NCBI GenBank assembly: GCA_001779315.1
Contig: MFJU01000006.1
Location: 2,612 to 66,611 of the forward strand
Length of the DNA stretch: 64,000 nucleotides
Reading direction: 5' to 3'
From: Candidatus Gottesmanbacteria bacterium RIFCSPLOWO2_01_FULL_42_22
Lineage (GTDB): Bacteria; Patescibacteriota; Microgenomatia; 2-02-FULL-39-11
This document shows, piece after piece, positions 55,941 through 64,000 of this stretch; the stretch's first letter is position 1, and each line of letters starts with the position of its first letter. The notes beneath the pieces are model-generated. The model was not told the origin of the DNA, ran no database searches, and was given only the letters and a program-made list of their open reading frames with translations. A program made the translations under genes and the position numbers.

Positions 55941-58574
55941 ATGGTTGAGCTGGCCATGTCGGTCATGACGGCGCCCGGAATTGCGGGCAGTCCTAATAGT
56001 GTGCCCGACTGTAATTCATATAGCTGTTCCTTAGCCATTAACGCAATTATGGGCATGGAAACAGGACAAGCGGTCAAAGCAGTTAAATCTGATGTTGTTT
56101 CGCAACTCATCGAACATGAATTAAACCGGCCGATAAGCATCGTCGATTTTGGAATCAAAAAAAAAGCCATTACATTCCCTAACGGTCAGGTAATAGAAAA
56201 AGACACACTTTATAATGAAGAATTCGGCAAAACCATACAGGGCGTAACTAATCCGCTAGAAGGGGCAGGTCAAGTCTGGTATAAGACTGACCGTCTTTCC
56301 GACAAAATTGTGGCTGCTGCCGATAATACCTGGCATATTACCGTCAGCCAAGGCAATAGTGAAACTCACCGTTTGGCTGTCTTTCATAAAAAAGAAGATC
56401 AGATCAGGGAATATTTCATTTCAATAGAGGCTTCAGCGGAAACTGTTTTCAGGATAGCCTCGCTATTTCCACCGGAAAGGCAGATAGAGGAATCATCGGA
56501 TACTTTTTTGCCGAATCTATTCAATGGAATCGAAGCCTCATATTCAGGCTGGGAAAAGTCGGAGAGGCGGGAGTTTTTAAAGGACCTGAAAGAAGAATTT
56601 AATTTGGGTGATCAGAAACTTGAAGAAAGAAAAGAGAAAATTAGCCAATTAATCAACAGATTTGTCAGGGAAACATTATCGTCCAACGAAACGGTTGAGG
56701 CAATCGGAGTGATCGGGCAGGCTATAGCGCAATTGGCCGGAGAAGCGAAGTCAATACTCAGACAAATCCCCTACGCTTCTTTACCCCCCCTTACCCGGTT
56801 ACCGCTCGACACCAAACAGACCGAACAATCAGCAGAAAGAAGGTTGGTGCGGGAAAAGGAAAATCCGGGCTTAACCGGCATTATTCTGAATGAGGCCCCG
56901 ATAGTTAAACCGATTTTCCAGAAAATAGCTGCTTTTGAAAATGATGAAATACCCAAGACAGAACCAGTTATAAGTAAAATTGAATTGATGACAGTTAATG
57001 AAGAAACTTCCGAAGGAGAGGAATATTCAGCTGAGGATTCATTTATTGCCGTTATGATTTTGCAGCATATAATGTCGGCGTCTGTTGCTGAAAGTCAAAC
57101 AGAAATTTCAAATGCAGAAATAAGCGATCACTTTGAAGTAATCATTCCTCTCATTCCATCCCTGATCGGTCTGTTGGAAGAAGTGGAAAAAATATCTGAT
57201 GTAAATATTAATACAGATGTAACCGCGGAAAAATCAATAATTGAGTTTCCGGAAAAATCTATAGCCGTATCAGAAGAATCATTACTCGCTGGTTTAATAC
57301 TTCAGCTATTTACTACAGAAGATAATTTTGAACCTGTAACTTCTGAGGATAATAAACAATTATATTTATCTGCTAAACCGGAGAACTGGGAAGCTATGCT
57401 TGATCCGGAAGACACACTAACTGAAAAAAAGTTGGAAATTGTCTCTTTACCCGATGAATTTACGGATAATGCTTATATGGTTAGCCCGGAAGTAGAAGGA
57501 GATTATCTTTCAGATGGTGAAATTTCAGAAATGTCTGTTGATAACATTGAGGTGCCCTTAATTGCCGTTTGGATAATTCATCAGATCGTCTCTATTCCTG
57601 AAGCTGGTTTAAAAGGTAATGCTGCTGAATTATCCGACATTCCACAAGACATCGACTCTAATGGGAATCATCCGGATGATGTCAAGCAGGAAATTGTTTT
57701 ACCTTTAATTCATTCTCTGACAGGCCTGCTGGAAATAACCCATTCAATTCCTGATGCCGTAAATCAGGTATTGGAAGAAATATCTAAAAGGTTCTCAGTC
57801 GGCGAAGTGCTTTTTGCAACCACCGAAGAGCAGGATTTTGTCGAACAAGTTGCCGTTCCCGCAGCAATTATCTTTTTAGGAATAATAGAGAAATTTGTTG
57901 AAATAAATAATGGAAAAACCGTCCAAAATTCAGATTTAGAAACAGTAGAAAAGATCGAAAATCAAAAAGAAAAAATATCAGCTCAATCTGAAAAATTAAT
58001 TGAGGAATTAATATTATTTACAGTGATGAAGCAATTTTTAACTTTTGAAAGTCAGGACTATATGAATTTAAATAAGGAGCATAAAATTAATGAATCCGGT
58101 GAAGAAAAAGTAACTAAAAAAAAAGAAACTGTTTCGAAAGAGATTTCTTTGATTGTGCCTGCTCTGGTTTCTTTTCTGGATAAAATTACCAGTAAAAAAT
58201 TTGAGAATGAATCAGTTGAAGAAATGTCTATTGAGCAGGAAATTGCAGATATTACTGAGAAGAAAGTTAATGATAAATTATTACTGGGAATAATCCGATT
58301 AATTTCAATGGTACTCAGGATTGAAAAAAGAATTGAAATAGTTAAACCTTTCGCACAGCTGATTCAGGAAAAATTACCCAAAGAAATAGAATCACTTCAA
58401 CGCTTAATATTTTTAAAATTAGCCTTAAATTTATTAATTTTAGAGAGGAAAGATCTGCTTACCAGGCAGCAAGGGCATGGTAATGGTAAGCAGAAAAAAA
58501 AGCAGGTTAAATTACCACTGTATGCCTTGATATTTAGTTTTGAGACCCATCTTGAACCTTTGCCAGTTGTGTGA
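55941..58574 (+). CDS. Large acidic hypothetical protein (877 aa) with three ~120-aa internal repeats; first gene after the candidate Cbl riboswitch
   Basis: Repeated segments IIPLIPSLIGLLEEVEKISDV / IVLPLIHSLTGLLEITHSIPDAV / LIVPALVSFLDKITSKKFENES, each preceded by an amphipathic hydrophobic helix (AVMILQHIMSASVAESQ / IAVWIIHQIVSIPEAG / LIEELILFTVMKQFL). No signal peptide or known domain recognised. The exact start is uncertain: a 24-aa uORF at 55874-55948 overlaps the ATG at 55941 (ATGGTTGA). Confidence 0.5.
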   Translation: MVELAMSVMTAPGIAGSPNSVPDCNSYSCSLAINAIMGMETGQAVKAVKSDVVSQLIEHELNRPISIVDFGIKKKAITFPNGQVIEKDTLYNEEFGKTIQGVTNPLEGAGQVWYKTDRLSDKIVAAADNTWHITVSQGNSETHRLAVFHKKEDQIREYFISIEASAETVFRIASLFPPERQIEESSDTFLPNLFNGIEASYSGWEKSERREFLKDLKEEFNLGDQKLEERKEKISQLINRFVRETLSSNETVEAIGVIGQAIAQLAGEAKSILRQIPYASLPPLTRLPLDTKQTEQSAERRLVREKENPGLTGIILNEAPIVKPIFQKIAAFENDEIPKTEPVISKIELMTVNEETSEGEEYSAEDSFIAVMILQHIMSASVAESQTEISNAEISDHFEVIIPLIPSLIGLLEEVEKISDVNINTDVTAEKSIIEFPEKSIAVSEESLLAGLILQLFTTEDNFEPVTSEDNKQLYLSAKPENWEAMLDPEDTLTEKKLEIVSLPDEFTDNAYMVSPEVEGDYLSDGEISEMSVDNIEVPLIAVWIIHQIVSIPEAGLKGNAAELSDIPQDIDSNGNHPDDVKQEIVLPLIHSLTGLLEITHSIPDAVNQVLEEISKRFSVGEVLFATTEEQDFVEQVAVPAAIIFLGIIEKFVEINNGKTVQNSDLETVEKIENQKEKISAQSEKLIEELILFTVMKQFLTFESQDYMNLNKEHKINESGEEKVTKKKETVSKEISLIVPALVSFLDKITSKKFENESVEEMSIEQEIADITEKKVNDKLLLGIIRLISMVLRIEKRIEIVKPFAQLIQEKLPKEIESLQRLIFLKLALNLLILERKDLLTRQQGHGNGKQKKKQVKLPLYALIFSFETHLEPLPVV

Positions 58575-58600
58575 CAGAATAAGATAAAGGAGGCTTAAAT

Positions 58601-59071
58601 ATGCCAGTTTCAAAACGAAAAAACAACCGGAATCTTATTATTCTGGTAATACTTTTACTCTTAGGCTCGGTTTTTTTCGGACAGACTGTTTTTCTGAAAG
58701 AAGATAAAAAAACAGAGGAAAAAGAGACGATTAGCCGCAGCGAAAATACAGTCGATGAACTGATTCAGGAGAGAGAAGCGACAGGAAATAAAATAACGGT
58801 AAATTTCGGCGCAGGCAAAACTTTTGTTAAAGATTTGCAGGCAGCCACACCCTACGAAGCTTTGAAAACTATGGCATCCCAAGAGGGATGGGAAATAAAG
58901 ACAAAGGAATACAAATACGGCTTAATGGTTGAAGGGGTAGGCAATTTGATTAATTCAGATAAGGGTTACTGGACGTATAAAACAAACGGCCAACCTGGTA
59001 AAATAGCTTCTGACAGATATACTCTTAAAAAAGGTGAAACCGTTGAATGGGAGTATGTCCAAGTCGATTAA
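58601..59071 (+). CDS. DUF4430 (transcobalamin-like beta-domain) secreted/membrane-anchored protein, putative cobalamin-binding protein
   Basis: N-terminal signal anchor (LIILVILLLLGSVFFG). The C-terminus YGLMVEGVGNLINSDKGYWTYKTNGQPGKIASDRYTLKKGETVEWEY follows the DUF4430 pattern (G-x-V-x-x-I-x-G...g-YW-x-Y-x-V-N-G...G-x-x-x-Y-x-L-K-x-GD-x-I-x-W-x-Y), which I recall is classified with the C-terminal domain of transcobalamin/intrinsic factor. Confidence 0.5.
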   Translation: MPVSKRKNNRNLIILVILLLLGSVFFGQTVFLKEDKKTEEKETISRSENTVDELIQEREATGNKITVNFGAGKTFVKDLQAATPYEALKTMASQEGWEIKTKEYKYGLMVEGVGNLINSDKGYWTYKTNGQPGKIASDRYTLKKGETVEWEYVQVD

Positions 59072-59076
59072 AAAAA

Positions 59077-59619
59077 ATGTATTCAAAAATTTCCGCGGCC
59101 TTTGGGCTTGTGGCTGCCGGTATTCTTTTCAGAACTGTTTTCCATATCGGCGATAATATTGAAACAATTACCTCCGGCACTTTAGTAGCCGCCGCATATC
59201 TCGGACCGTTTTGGGCGCTGGCTGTTCCTTTGACTTCAATGGCTGTTTCCGACCTGATTTTGGGTAACAGCCTGATTTTTATATTTACCTGGACTGCTTA
59301 TATGATTATTGGTGCAACTGCCTTTCTTTTTTTCAGGAAAAAGAAAAAAGACCGCTTGATTATTCCTTCTATACTGGCAGCCGGAGGAGCTTCCATATTT
59401 TTCTATCTGTGGACAAATTTCGGAGTCTGGTTTTTAGACTTTTACGGCATGTATCCTAAAACTTTGCCTGGATTGGCCGAAGCCTATATCCTGGGCTTGC
59501 CGTTTCTGAAAATGAATCTGTTAGGAAATCTTATTTTTGTGCCTTTGTTTTTCTTTATTGCGCAGATTGTGAGAGCAGAAGCAAAAGAAGAAAATAAAAA
59601 TAAAATTTTTTCCGGGTAA
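59077..59619 (+). CDS. ECF-transporter S-component-like small polytopic membrane protein (CbrT-like candidate)
   Basis: About 180 aa with roughly 6 TM helices and short loops, the size and topology of ECF substrate-capture (S) components; directly downstream of the DUF4430 gene in the riboswitch-led operon. Start set at ATG 59077. Confidence 0.4.
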   Translation: MYSKISAAFGLVAAGILFRTVFHIGDNIETITSGTLVAAAYLGPFWALAVPLTSMAVSDLILGNSLIFIFTWTAYMIIGATAFLFFRKKKKDRLIIPSILAAGGASIFFYLWTNFGVWFLDFYGMYPKTLPGLAEAYILGLPFLKMNLLGNLIFVPLFFFIAQIVRAEAKEENKNKIFSG

Positions 59620-59626
59620 GCCAATC

Positions 59627-60085
59627 ATGCCTGCCGTAAATAACCAGCATCATAATGGCCAGACTTCCTCAACCGGGAATAAGCCAAAAAAAACTCCACC
59701 GGCGGTAAGTATTACTGCCATAGGAGGTAAAGAAGCTGAAAAAGTCACTCAGGAAGCGAGTCTAAAAATAGAGGAAATTTCCTCGGAGACAGTTTTGGCT
59801 CCTGAAGTGGAAACGGCCGGTGTTACTAAAATCGGGGATACGATCGAATTTCCGCCTGATATTACTGATTTAACCGGCGGTCAAAGTGTAAGTACTTTAC
59901 CTTCACAGACGTCATCCCAAACAGCCGTACCTATGCCCATTAGTGACGACTTGATATATTCCGGAAGTCAGAAATCAATTACCAATACCATCAAATGGCT
60001 GGCAGAGTGGTGCATCAGAAAACTTAAAATGGCCCATCTGGTCCTGAAAAATATTCACGGCAAAATTATCCGGGTCAAAATATAA
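59627..60085 (+). CDS. Hypothetical protein (152 aa), S/T-rich, last gene of the putative B12 operon
   Basis: Clean ORF 8 nt after the preceding stop; no motif. Confidence 0.3.
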   Translation: MPAVNNQHHNGQTSSTGNKPKKTPPAVSITAIGGKEAEKVTQEASLKIEEISSETVLAPEVETAGVTKIGDTIEFPPDITDLTGGQSVSTLPSQTSSQTAVPMPISDDLIYSGSQKSITNTIKWLAEWCIRKLKMAHLVLKNIHGKIIRVKI

Positions 60086-60100
60086 GGAATTAATTTCTAT

Positions 60101-62449
60101 ATGGATATGTATGAGCCAACATTATTATACGATTCTCTCCTGAATCTTGGTTTCACTTTTACTATTCTGATTTTAGTATTATTCGGGCTCGCTCTTTTTA
60201 CCTATTTCATTTTTCTATGGTGGAAGTACCGAAACCGCGAGAAACAGAGTTTGGAATTTGTGCTTTTGCAGATATGCGTACCAAAGGATAATGAGGTAAA
60301 AATTGATGCTGCAGAACAATTTTATTCCTCACTTTCCTCCCTGTCCCACGGCGGCTTTCTCTCTTTCATGAAAGATAAGGACCATATTTCTTTTGAAATC
60401 GTCGGCCGTCCCGGAGATATCCGCTTTTATGTCTCCGTCCATCACCATTTGCGGGATCTTATCGAAAAACAGATTTACGGTATGTACCCGGGAGCGGAGA
60501 TTAAAGAAGTGGATGAATATAATATTTTTGATGAAAAGGGCAAAGTGGCTTTTGCTTCATTTATTTTAAAAGGCTCGGATTATTTGCCGATGAAGACATT
60601 TAAAGATCTGCCGGTTGATCCGATGTCAGCCATCACCTCAAATTTAGGCAAAATGCAGGCCGGTGAGGGAGCGGCAATTCAAATTTTGGTGACTCCTGCC
60701 GCAGGCAAGTGGAAGAGTTCCGGAAAAAGTTATCTTTCAGGAGTGAAAAAAAACGAGGCTAACCCGGAAAAAGCGCATTATAACGTCGACCATAAAATCC
60801 TGGAAACCATAGAAAACAAATTAGCCAAACCGGGTTTCTTAACGACGATCAGAGTAGTTGTTTCCTCAACCACGTTGGAATCCGCCAAGATGCATCTTCA
60901 TAATATCGAATCGGTTTTTGCTCAATTTTCCTCAGACCAAAACCATTTAGGGGGAGCCAAACTCATGTTCAAAAGTTCATTCGTCATCGATTTCATTTAC
61001 CGTTATTTTCCCATCCTTAATTGGCCTTATAAACAGTACAGTGTTTTAACCAGCGAGGAATTGGCGACCCTTTTCCATTTTCCCAATAAAAGTGTGGAAA
61101 CCCCCCACATTCAATGGGTAACTTCCAAAAGGGCACCGGCACCGCCGGAAATTCCCACCTCCGGGCTTTATCTGGGTAAAAGCACTTACCGGGGCATTTC
61201 CAGACCGATCCATATGGATTTGGATGACAGACGCCGCCATGTATATATTATCGGTAAAACGGGGGTAGGCAAATCGGTCCTTTTGAAAGACATGATCCTT
61301 CAGGATATTAAAGAGGGCAAAGGTGTAGCGGCTATCGATCCCCACGGGGATTTAGTTGAGGGAATTTTACCGATGATACCGCCTGAAAGGGCTGAAGATG
61401 TTATCTATTTTGACCCTTCAGATACCGACAGGCCGATGGGGTTGAATATGCTTGAAGCCAAGACTGAAGAGCAAAAACACTATATCGTCTCATCAATCAT
61501 CGGCTTGATGTATAAACTTTACGACCCCCAGAAAACCGGTATTATCGGACCCAGATTTGAACATGCCATCAGAAATGCCATGCTGACAATTATGGTTGAA
61601 CCGGGCGCTTCTTTCGTCGAGGTGGTCAGAGTTTTAACCGATTCAGCTTACGTACAGGAACTGCTGCCGAAAGTCCAGGATCCGATTGTCAGAAGGTATT
61701 GGACAGACCAGATCGCCCAGACATCCGATTTCCATAAATCTGAAGTATTGGATTATATCGTTTCCAAATTCGGCCGTTTCGTCACCAACAAACTGATGCG
61801 TAATATCATCGGACAAAGTAAAAGCGCCTTTGATTTCCGCAAAGTTATGGATGAAGGTAAGATTCTTCTGGTTAATCTGGCCAAAGGAAAATTAGGCGAG
61901 GAGAATTCATCCTTTTTGGGATTGATAATGGTGCCGAAGATATTGGTTGCGGCCATGAGCCGGGTGGATACACCGGAAGAGCAGCGCCGGGATTTTTTCC
62001 TTTATGTTGACGAATTTCAGAATTTCGCCACACCCGATTTCGCCCAGATTCTGTCCGAAGCCAGGAAATTCCGCCTTAATCTTTGCGTGGCCAACCAGTT
62101 TATCGGCCAGATGGAAGAAGAAGTAAAGAATGCTGTTTTCGGCAATGTCGGCACACTGGTGACCTTCCGGGTGGGAGTGACTGATGCCAATTATCTCCAG
62201 CATTGGTTTACACCTGTTTTCAATGAGAACGACCTGATCAACGTCGACGTCTATAATGCCTATATCAATACCATTATCAGCAATAAACCGGTACCGCCTT
62301 TCTCGGTTGATTTGCGCAAAGATATGGCTGAGTTTAAAAAGCTGGAAAACAAGCAGGTAGCCAAAGCCATTCTGCAACTTTCGCGTCTCAAATACGGCCG
62401 ACCCCGGGAACTGGTCGAAGCCGAAATCTCCCAACGGGCTAAACTCTAA
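60101..62449 (+). CDS. VirD4/TraG-like type IV coupling protein (HerA/FtsK-superfamily ATPase with N-terminal TM anchor)
   Basis: N-terminal TM helices (ILILVLFGLALFTYFIFLWW); Walker A YIIGKTGVGKSVLLKDM; Walker B DFFLYVDEFQNFA; 782 aa. Confidence 0.55.
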   Translation: MDMYEPTLLYDSLLNLGFTFTILILVLFGLALFTYFIFLWWKYRNREKQSLEFVLLQICVPKDNEVKIDAAEQFYSSLSSLSHGGFLSFMKDKDHISFEIVGRPGDIRFYVSVHHHLRDLIEKQIYGMYPGAEIKEVDEYNIFDEKGKVAFASFILKGSDYLPMKTFKDLPVDPMSAITSNLGKMQAGEGAAIQILVTPAAGKWKSSGKSYLSGVKKNEANPEKAHYNVDHKILETIENKLAKPGFLTTIRVVVSSTTLESAKMHLHNIESVFAQFSSDQNHLGGAKLMFKSSFVIDFIYRYFPILNWPYKQYSVLTSEELATLFHFPNKSVETPHIQWVTSKRAPAPPEIPTSGLYLGKSTYRGISRPIHMDLDDRRRHVYIIGKTGVGKSVLLKDMILQDIKEGKGVAAIDPHGDLVEGILPMIPPERAEDVIYFDPSDTDRPMGLNMLEAKTEEQKHYIVSSIIGLMYKLYDPQKTGIIGPRFEHAIRNAMLTIMVEPGASFVEVVRVLTDSAYVQELLPKVQDPIVRRYWTDQIAQTSDFHKSEVLDYIVSKFGRFVTNKLMRNIIGQSKSAFDFRKVMDEGKILLVNLAKGKLGEENSSFLGLIMVPKILVAAMSRVDTPEEQRRDFFLYVDEFQNFATPDFAQILSEARKFRLNLCVANQFIGQMEEEVKNAVFGNVGTLVTFRVGVTDANYLQHWFTPVFNENDLINVDVYNAYINTIISNKPVPPFSVDLRKDMAEFKKLENKQVAKAILQLSRLKYGRPRELVEAEISQRAKL

Positions 62450-62499
62450 TCATCTTCTCTTTTATAATTAAATCAGCCTTGATATAATTGCACGTTGAG

Positions 62500-62572
62500 G
62501 GGCCAGTAGCTCAGTGGTTAGAGCACTACTCTTATAAAGTAGGAGTCGATGGTTCGATCCCATCCTGGCCCA
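62500..62572 (+). tRNA. tRNA-Ile (anticodon UAU)
   Basis: Hand-folded cloverleaf: acceptor GGGCCAG/CTGGCCC, U8, D-arm GCTC-AGTGGTTA-GAGC, anticodon stem CTACT/AGTAG with loop CTTATAA (U33, anticodon TAT, A37), T-arm GATGG-TTCGATC-CCATC, discriminator A73; 3' CC partly encoded. Confidence 0.75.
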
Positions 62573-62743
62573 CCCTTCTTCGCTAAAGCTTCGCAGGGCA
62601 GGCGGAAATGGATTTTCCGGCGAATCGGGAATGGTGCTACTTCTTTGATTTTTTGGAAGCGAGATACATAAAAGCAATTATCACACCTATAAGTGATAAT
62701 CCAATTAAAAACAGAGCCCAAAAGATCGTAACATTATCAACAG

Positions 62744-62983
62744 TCATACTACCTCCTTAAATAATCTCATTCCAAGCGAAAAAAATAAAGCAGCAATTAC
62801 TAATCCCCAAACCGCCACAATTAATTTTGACAAATTTAGTTCCGAAGAAAACAATCCTAAGACTAATGATGCTAATGATAATTTGGATATATCAAGCGAG
62901 AATTTGGCCATCTCTTCAACCTGACGTTTTGTTAAAACCATAATGTTGTTAATCTGAATTATTTTATCATAATTACCTGACAC
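62744..62983 (-). CDS. Hypothetical small membrane protein
   Basis: 79 aa with a C-terminal TM helix; 11-nt overlap with the upstream gene. Confidence 0.25.
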   Translation of the reverse strand: MSGNYDKIIQINNIMVLTKRQVEEMAKFSLDISKLSLASLVLGLFSSELNLSKLIVAVWGLVIAALFFSLGMRLFKEVV

Positions 62984-63773
62984 AGATCAGGCTGCCGACT
63001 TCTGTTATTGAAGGCAAAATCAATTCAGCATCTTCTCCCTTATCATAAAAAAAAGATGCGCTGCCGCCGTCCAGGTTAAGAATTTCAGTAAATTCCCAGC
63101 GTTTTTGAACATCCGGCTGGAAAAATATGGAAGGCAAATCTACCAAATTAGGGCCGGAGTAGTGATTACCTTTTTCAATAATTGAAATCAGAAATAAGTT
63201 ATTATTTTTGTCTTTTCCGATCACAGAGCGCCTGGCCTGTTCATCCTGAACCAGTTTAAGCTGATAATCCCCGACAATCATAAAAGGCCCTGTTTGAAGA
63301 ATGAAATCTGCTTCTTCAGGAGCTAGCGCCAAATTTCTGCTGAAATTTCTATTACTATCCTTATCCTGCCAGAGAAAACCGGTGATCAGCTGACTTTGAA
63401 TTTGTTTCCCTGCAATTTCACCATGGCTGTAAAAAAGCCCGAGGGGATTCCCGTCTTCCCGGTAAAATCCTCCGTTAATCGCGCTCCGGCAATTATTTTC
63501 CGTAACCAGCTCCTCCGCATTTTTTCCGTTGGTAAAGTTAGGGATTAATAAAATATTATTTTCTGTTTTTATCGGGATAACCAGCAGTTGATAGTCAGTA
63601 TTGTTGAAAATGGTTTCAATTACTTCTCCATTGGGAACAGTCAGCGGGGTCGGGGAAGGCTCTTCTTTAACCGGAATTTCAATTGGAGTAATCGGAACCG
63701 CTTCCTTAACTTTATTTACTAACAGTCCTATAGTTGCTGCCAGAAGAAAAATTACAAAAAGCCATTTTGTCAT
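62973..63773 (-). CDS. Phosphodiester glycosidase family (DUF2233/NAGPA-like) secreted protein
   Basis: Signal peptide; motifs AINGGFY, GPFMIVGD, LNLDGGSASF typical of the family; 266 aa. Confidence 0.5.
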   Translation of the reverse strand: MTKWLFVIFLLAATIGLLVNKVKEAVPITPIEIPVKEEPSPTPLTVPNGEVIETIFNNTDYQLLVIPIKTENNILLIPNFTNGKNAEELVTENNCRSAINGGFYREDGNPLGLFYSHGEIAGKQIQSQLITGFLWQDKDSNRNFSRNLALAPEEADFILQTGPFMIVGDYQLKLVQDEQARRSVIGKDKNNNLFLISIIEKGNHYSGPNLVDLPSIFFQPDVQKRWEFTEILNLDGGSASFFYDKGEDAELILPSITEVGSLICVR

Positions 63774-63809
63774 CCACTAATTATACCTCCGAGAGTATAA
63801 TGAGAATAA

Positions 63810-64000
63810 ATGCTTGATCGGAAGAAACGCTATCTGCAGATTGCCTTAAATAGTACTCTAGAGGAAGGTTATGACATCATTGACAGTTTACCACCCAGCG
63901 ACCGGATCCTGATTGAAGCCGGAACCCCCCTTATTAAAAGATACGGGTTGGAAGCGATCCGTTCTTTACGTGCCCGTTGGGCCTGGAAAAATACAGCCGA
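63810..64000 (+). CDS. hxlA: 3-hexulose-6-phosphate synthase (partial, N-terminal fragment; continues beyond the window)
   Basis: MLDRKKRYLQIALNSTLEEGYDIIDSLPPSDRILIEAGTPLIKRYGLEAIRSLR matches the HPS N-terminus (LQVAIDL...VDIIEVGTPLIK-EG). Confidence 0.5.
   Translation, partial: MLDRKKRYLQIALNSTLEEGYDIIDSLPPSDRILIEAGTPLIKRYGLEAIRSLRARWAWKNTA

Noticed and set aside
55874-55948. 24-aa ORF (MKELPNVFGLLFQIVRSEATYYYG) as an independent gene
   Set aside because: Too short and unconserved to call as a protein gene; more plausibly a leader/uORF of the riboswitch expression platform translationally coupled (ATGGTTGA overlap) to the 877-aa ORF.
62573-62700. Hairpin CGGAAATGGATTTTCCG and short direct repeat (cttcgc x2) downstream of the tRNA, as a possible terminator or att site
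   Set aside because: No U-run directly following the hairpin and no repeat of the tRNA 3' end detected nearby; insufficient evidence for a terminator or integration scar.
62468-62721. Two minus-strand ORFs (69 and 67 aa) overlapping the tRNA-Ile gene
   Set aside because: They are antisense to a well-folded tRNA and are Arg/Ser-rich in the way GC-rich RNA genes translate; spurious.
1-64000. CRISPR arrays, IS elements, rRNA genes
   Set aside because: No spaced direct repeats of 25-40 bp, no transposase-like ORFs with terminal inverted repeats, and no 16S/23S/5S-like conserved stretches were seen anywhere in the window.

Overview
The window appears to come from a low-GC, small-gene bacterium whose content (form II/III RuBisCO, DUF4012/LCP pair, multiple tiny two-TM pilin-like paralogs, minimal T4SS-like parts, duplicated PBP1a) fits Patescibacteria/CPR. 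That assignment is an inference. Stop codon usage looks standard (TGA/TAA/TAG all terminate good ORFs). Order of features: (1) a partial form II/III RuBisCO with nadE and nadD on the minus strand; (2) the chromosomal origin neighbourhood: jag-yidC-yidD-rnpA-rpmH (minus) facing dnaA-dnaN (plus), with DnaA boxes in both intergenic regions; (3) directly next to dnaN, a minus-strand T4SS-like module (PrgI-like protein, VirB4 ATPase and two unknowns); (4) an atypical 1344-aa ClpC-like ATPase carrying a ~330-aa insert of four W-x9-W repeats, a Zn-ribbon and a Pro-rich tail; (5) two very large divergently transcribed proteins of unknown function (580 aa and 1358 aa) with a small ORF just downstream; (6) rnhA, a DUF4012 protein converging on an LCP protein, and rplY behind a textbook sigma-70 promoter with an almost leaderless start; (7) four tandem paralogs of small two-TM T4SS-pilin-like proteins followed by an ECF sigma / putative anti-sigma pair; (8) a complete archaeal-style mevalonate pathway cluster (HMGR, HMGCS, thiolase, DUF35 scaffold, MVK, PMK, MVD) ending in uppS; (9) two tandem PBP1a paralogs, a CvpA+CAP fusion, murB and a Xer recombinase; (10) nrdR-nrdJ (class II, B12-dependent RNR)-PduO-type adenosyltransferase; (11) downstream of those, a candidate cobalamin riboswitch with a terminator / RBS-sequestering platform. 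The riboswitch sits in front of an operon encoding an 877-aa repeat protein, a DUF4430 (transcobalamin-like beta-domain) protein, an ECF S-component-like permease and a 152-aa unknown. That operon is my best candidate for an undescribed B12-capture system. It is followed by (12) a VirD4/TraG-like coupling ATPase, tRNA-Ile(UAU), a phosphodiester glycosidase, and a partial 3-hexulose-6-phosphate synthase at the window edge. No CRISPR array, rRNA or obvious IS element was seen.
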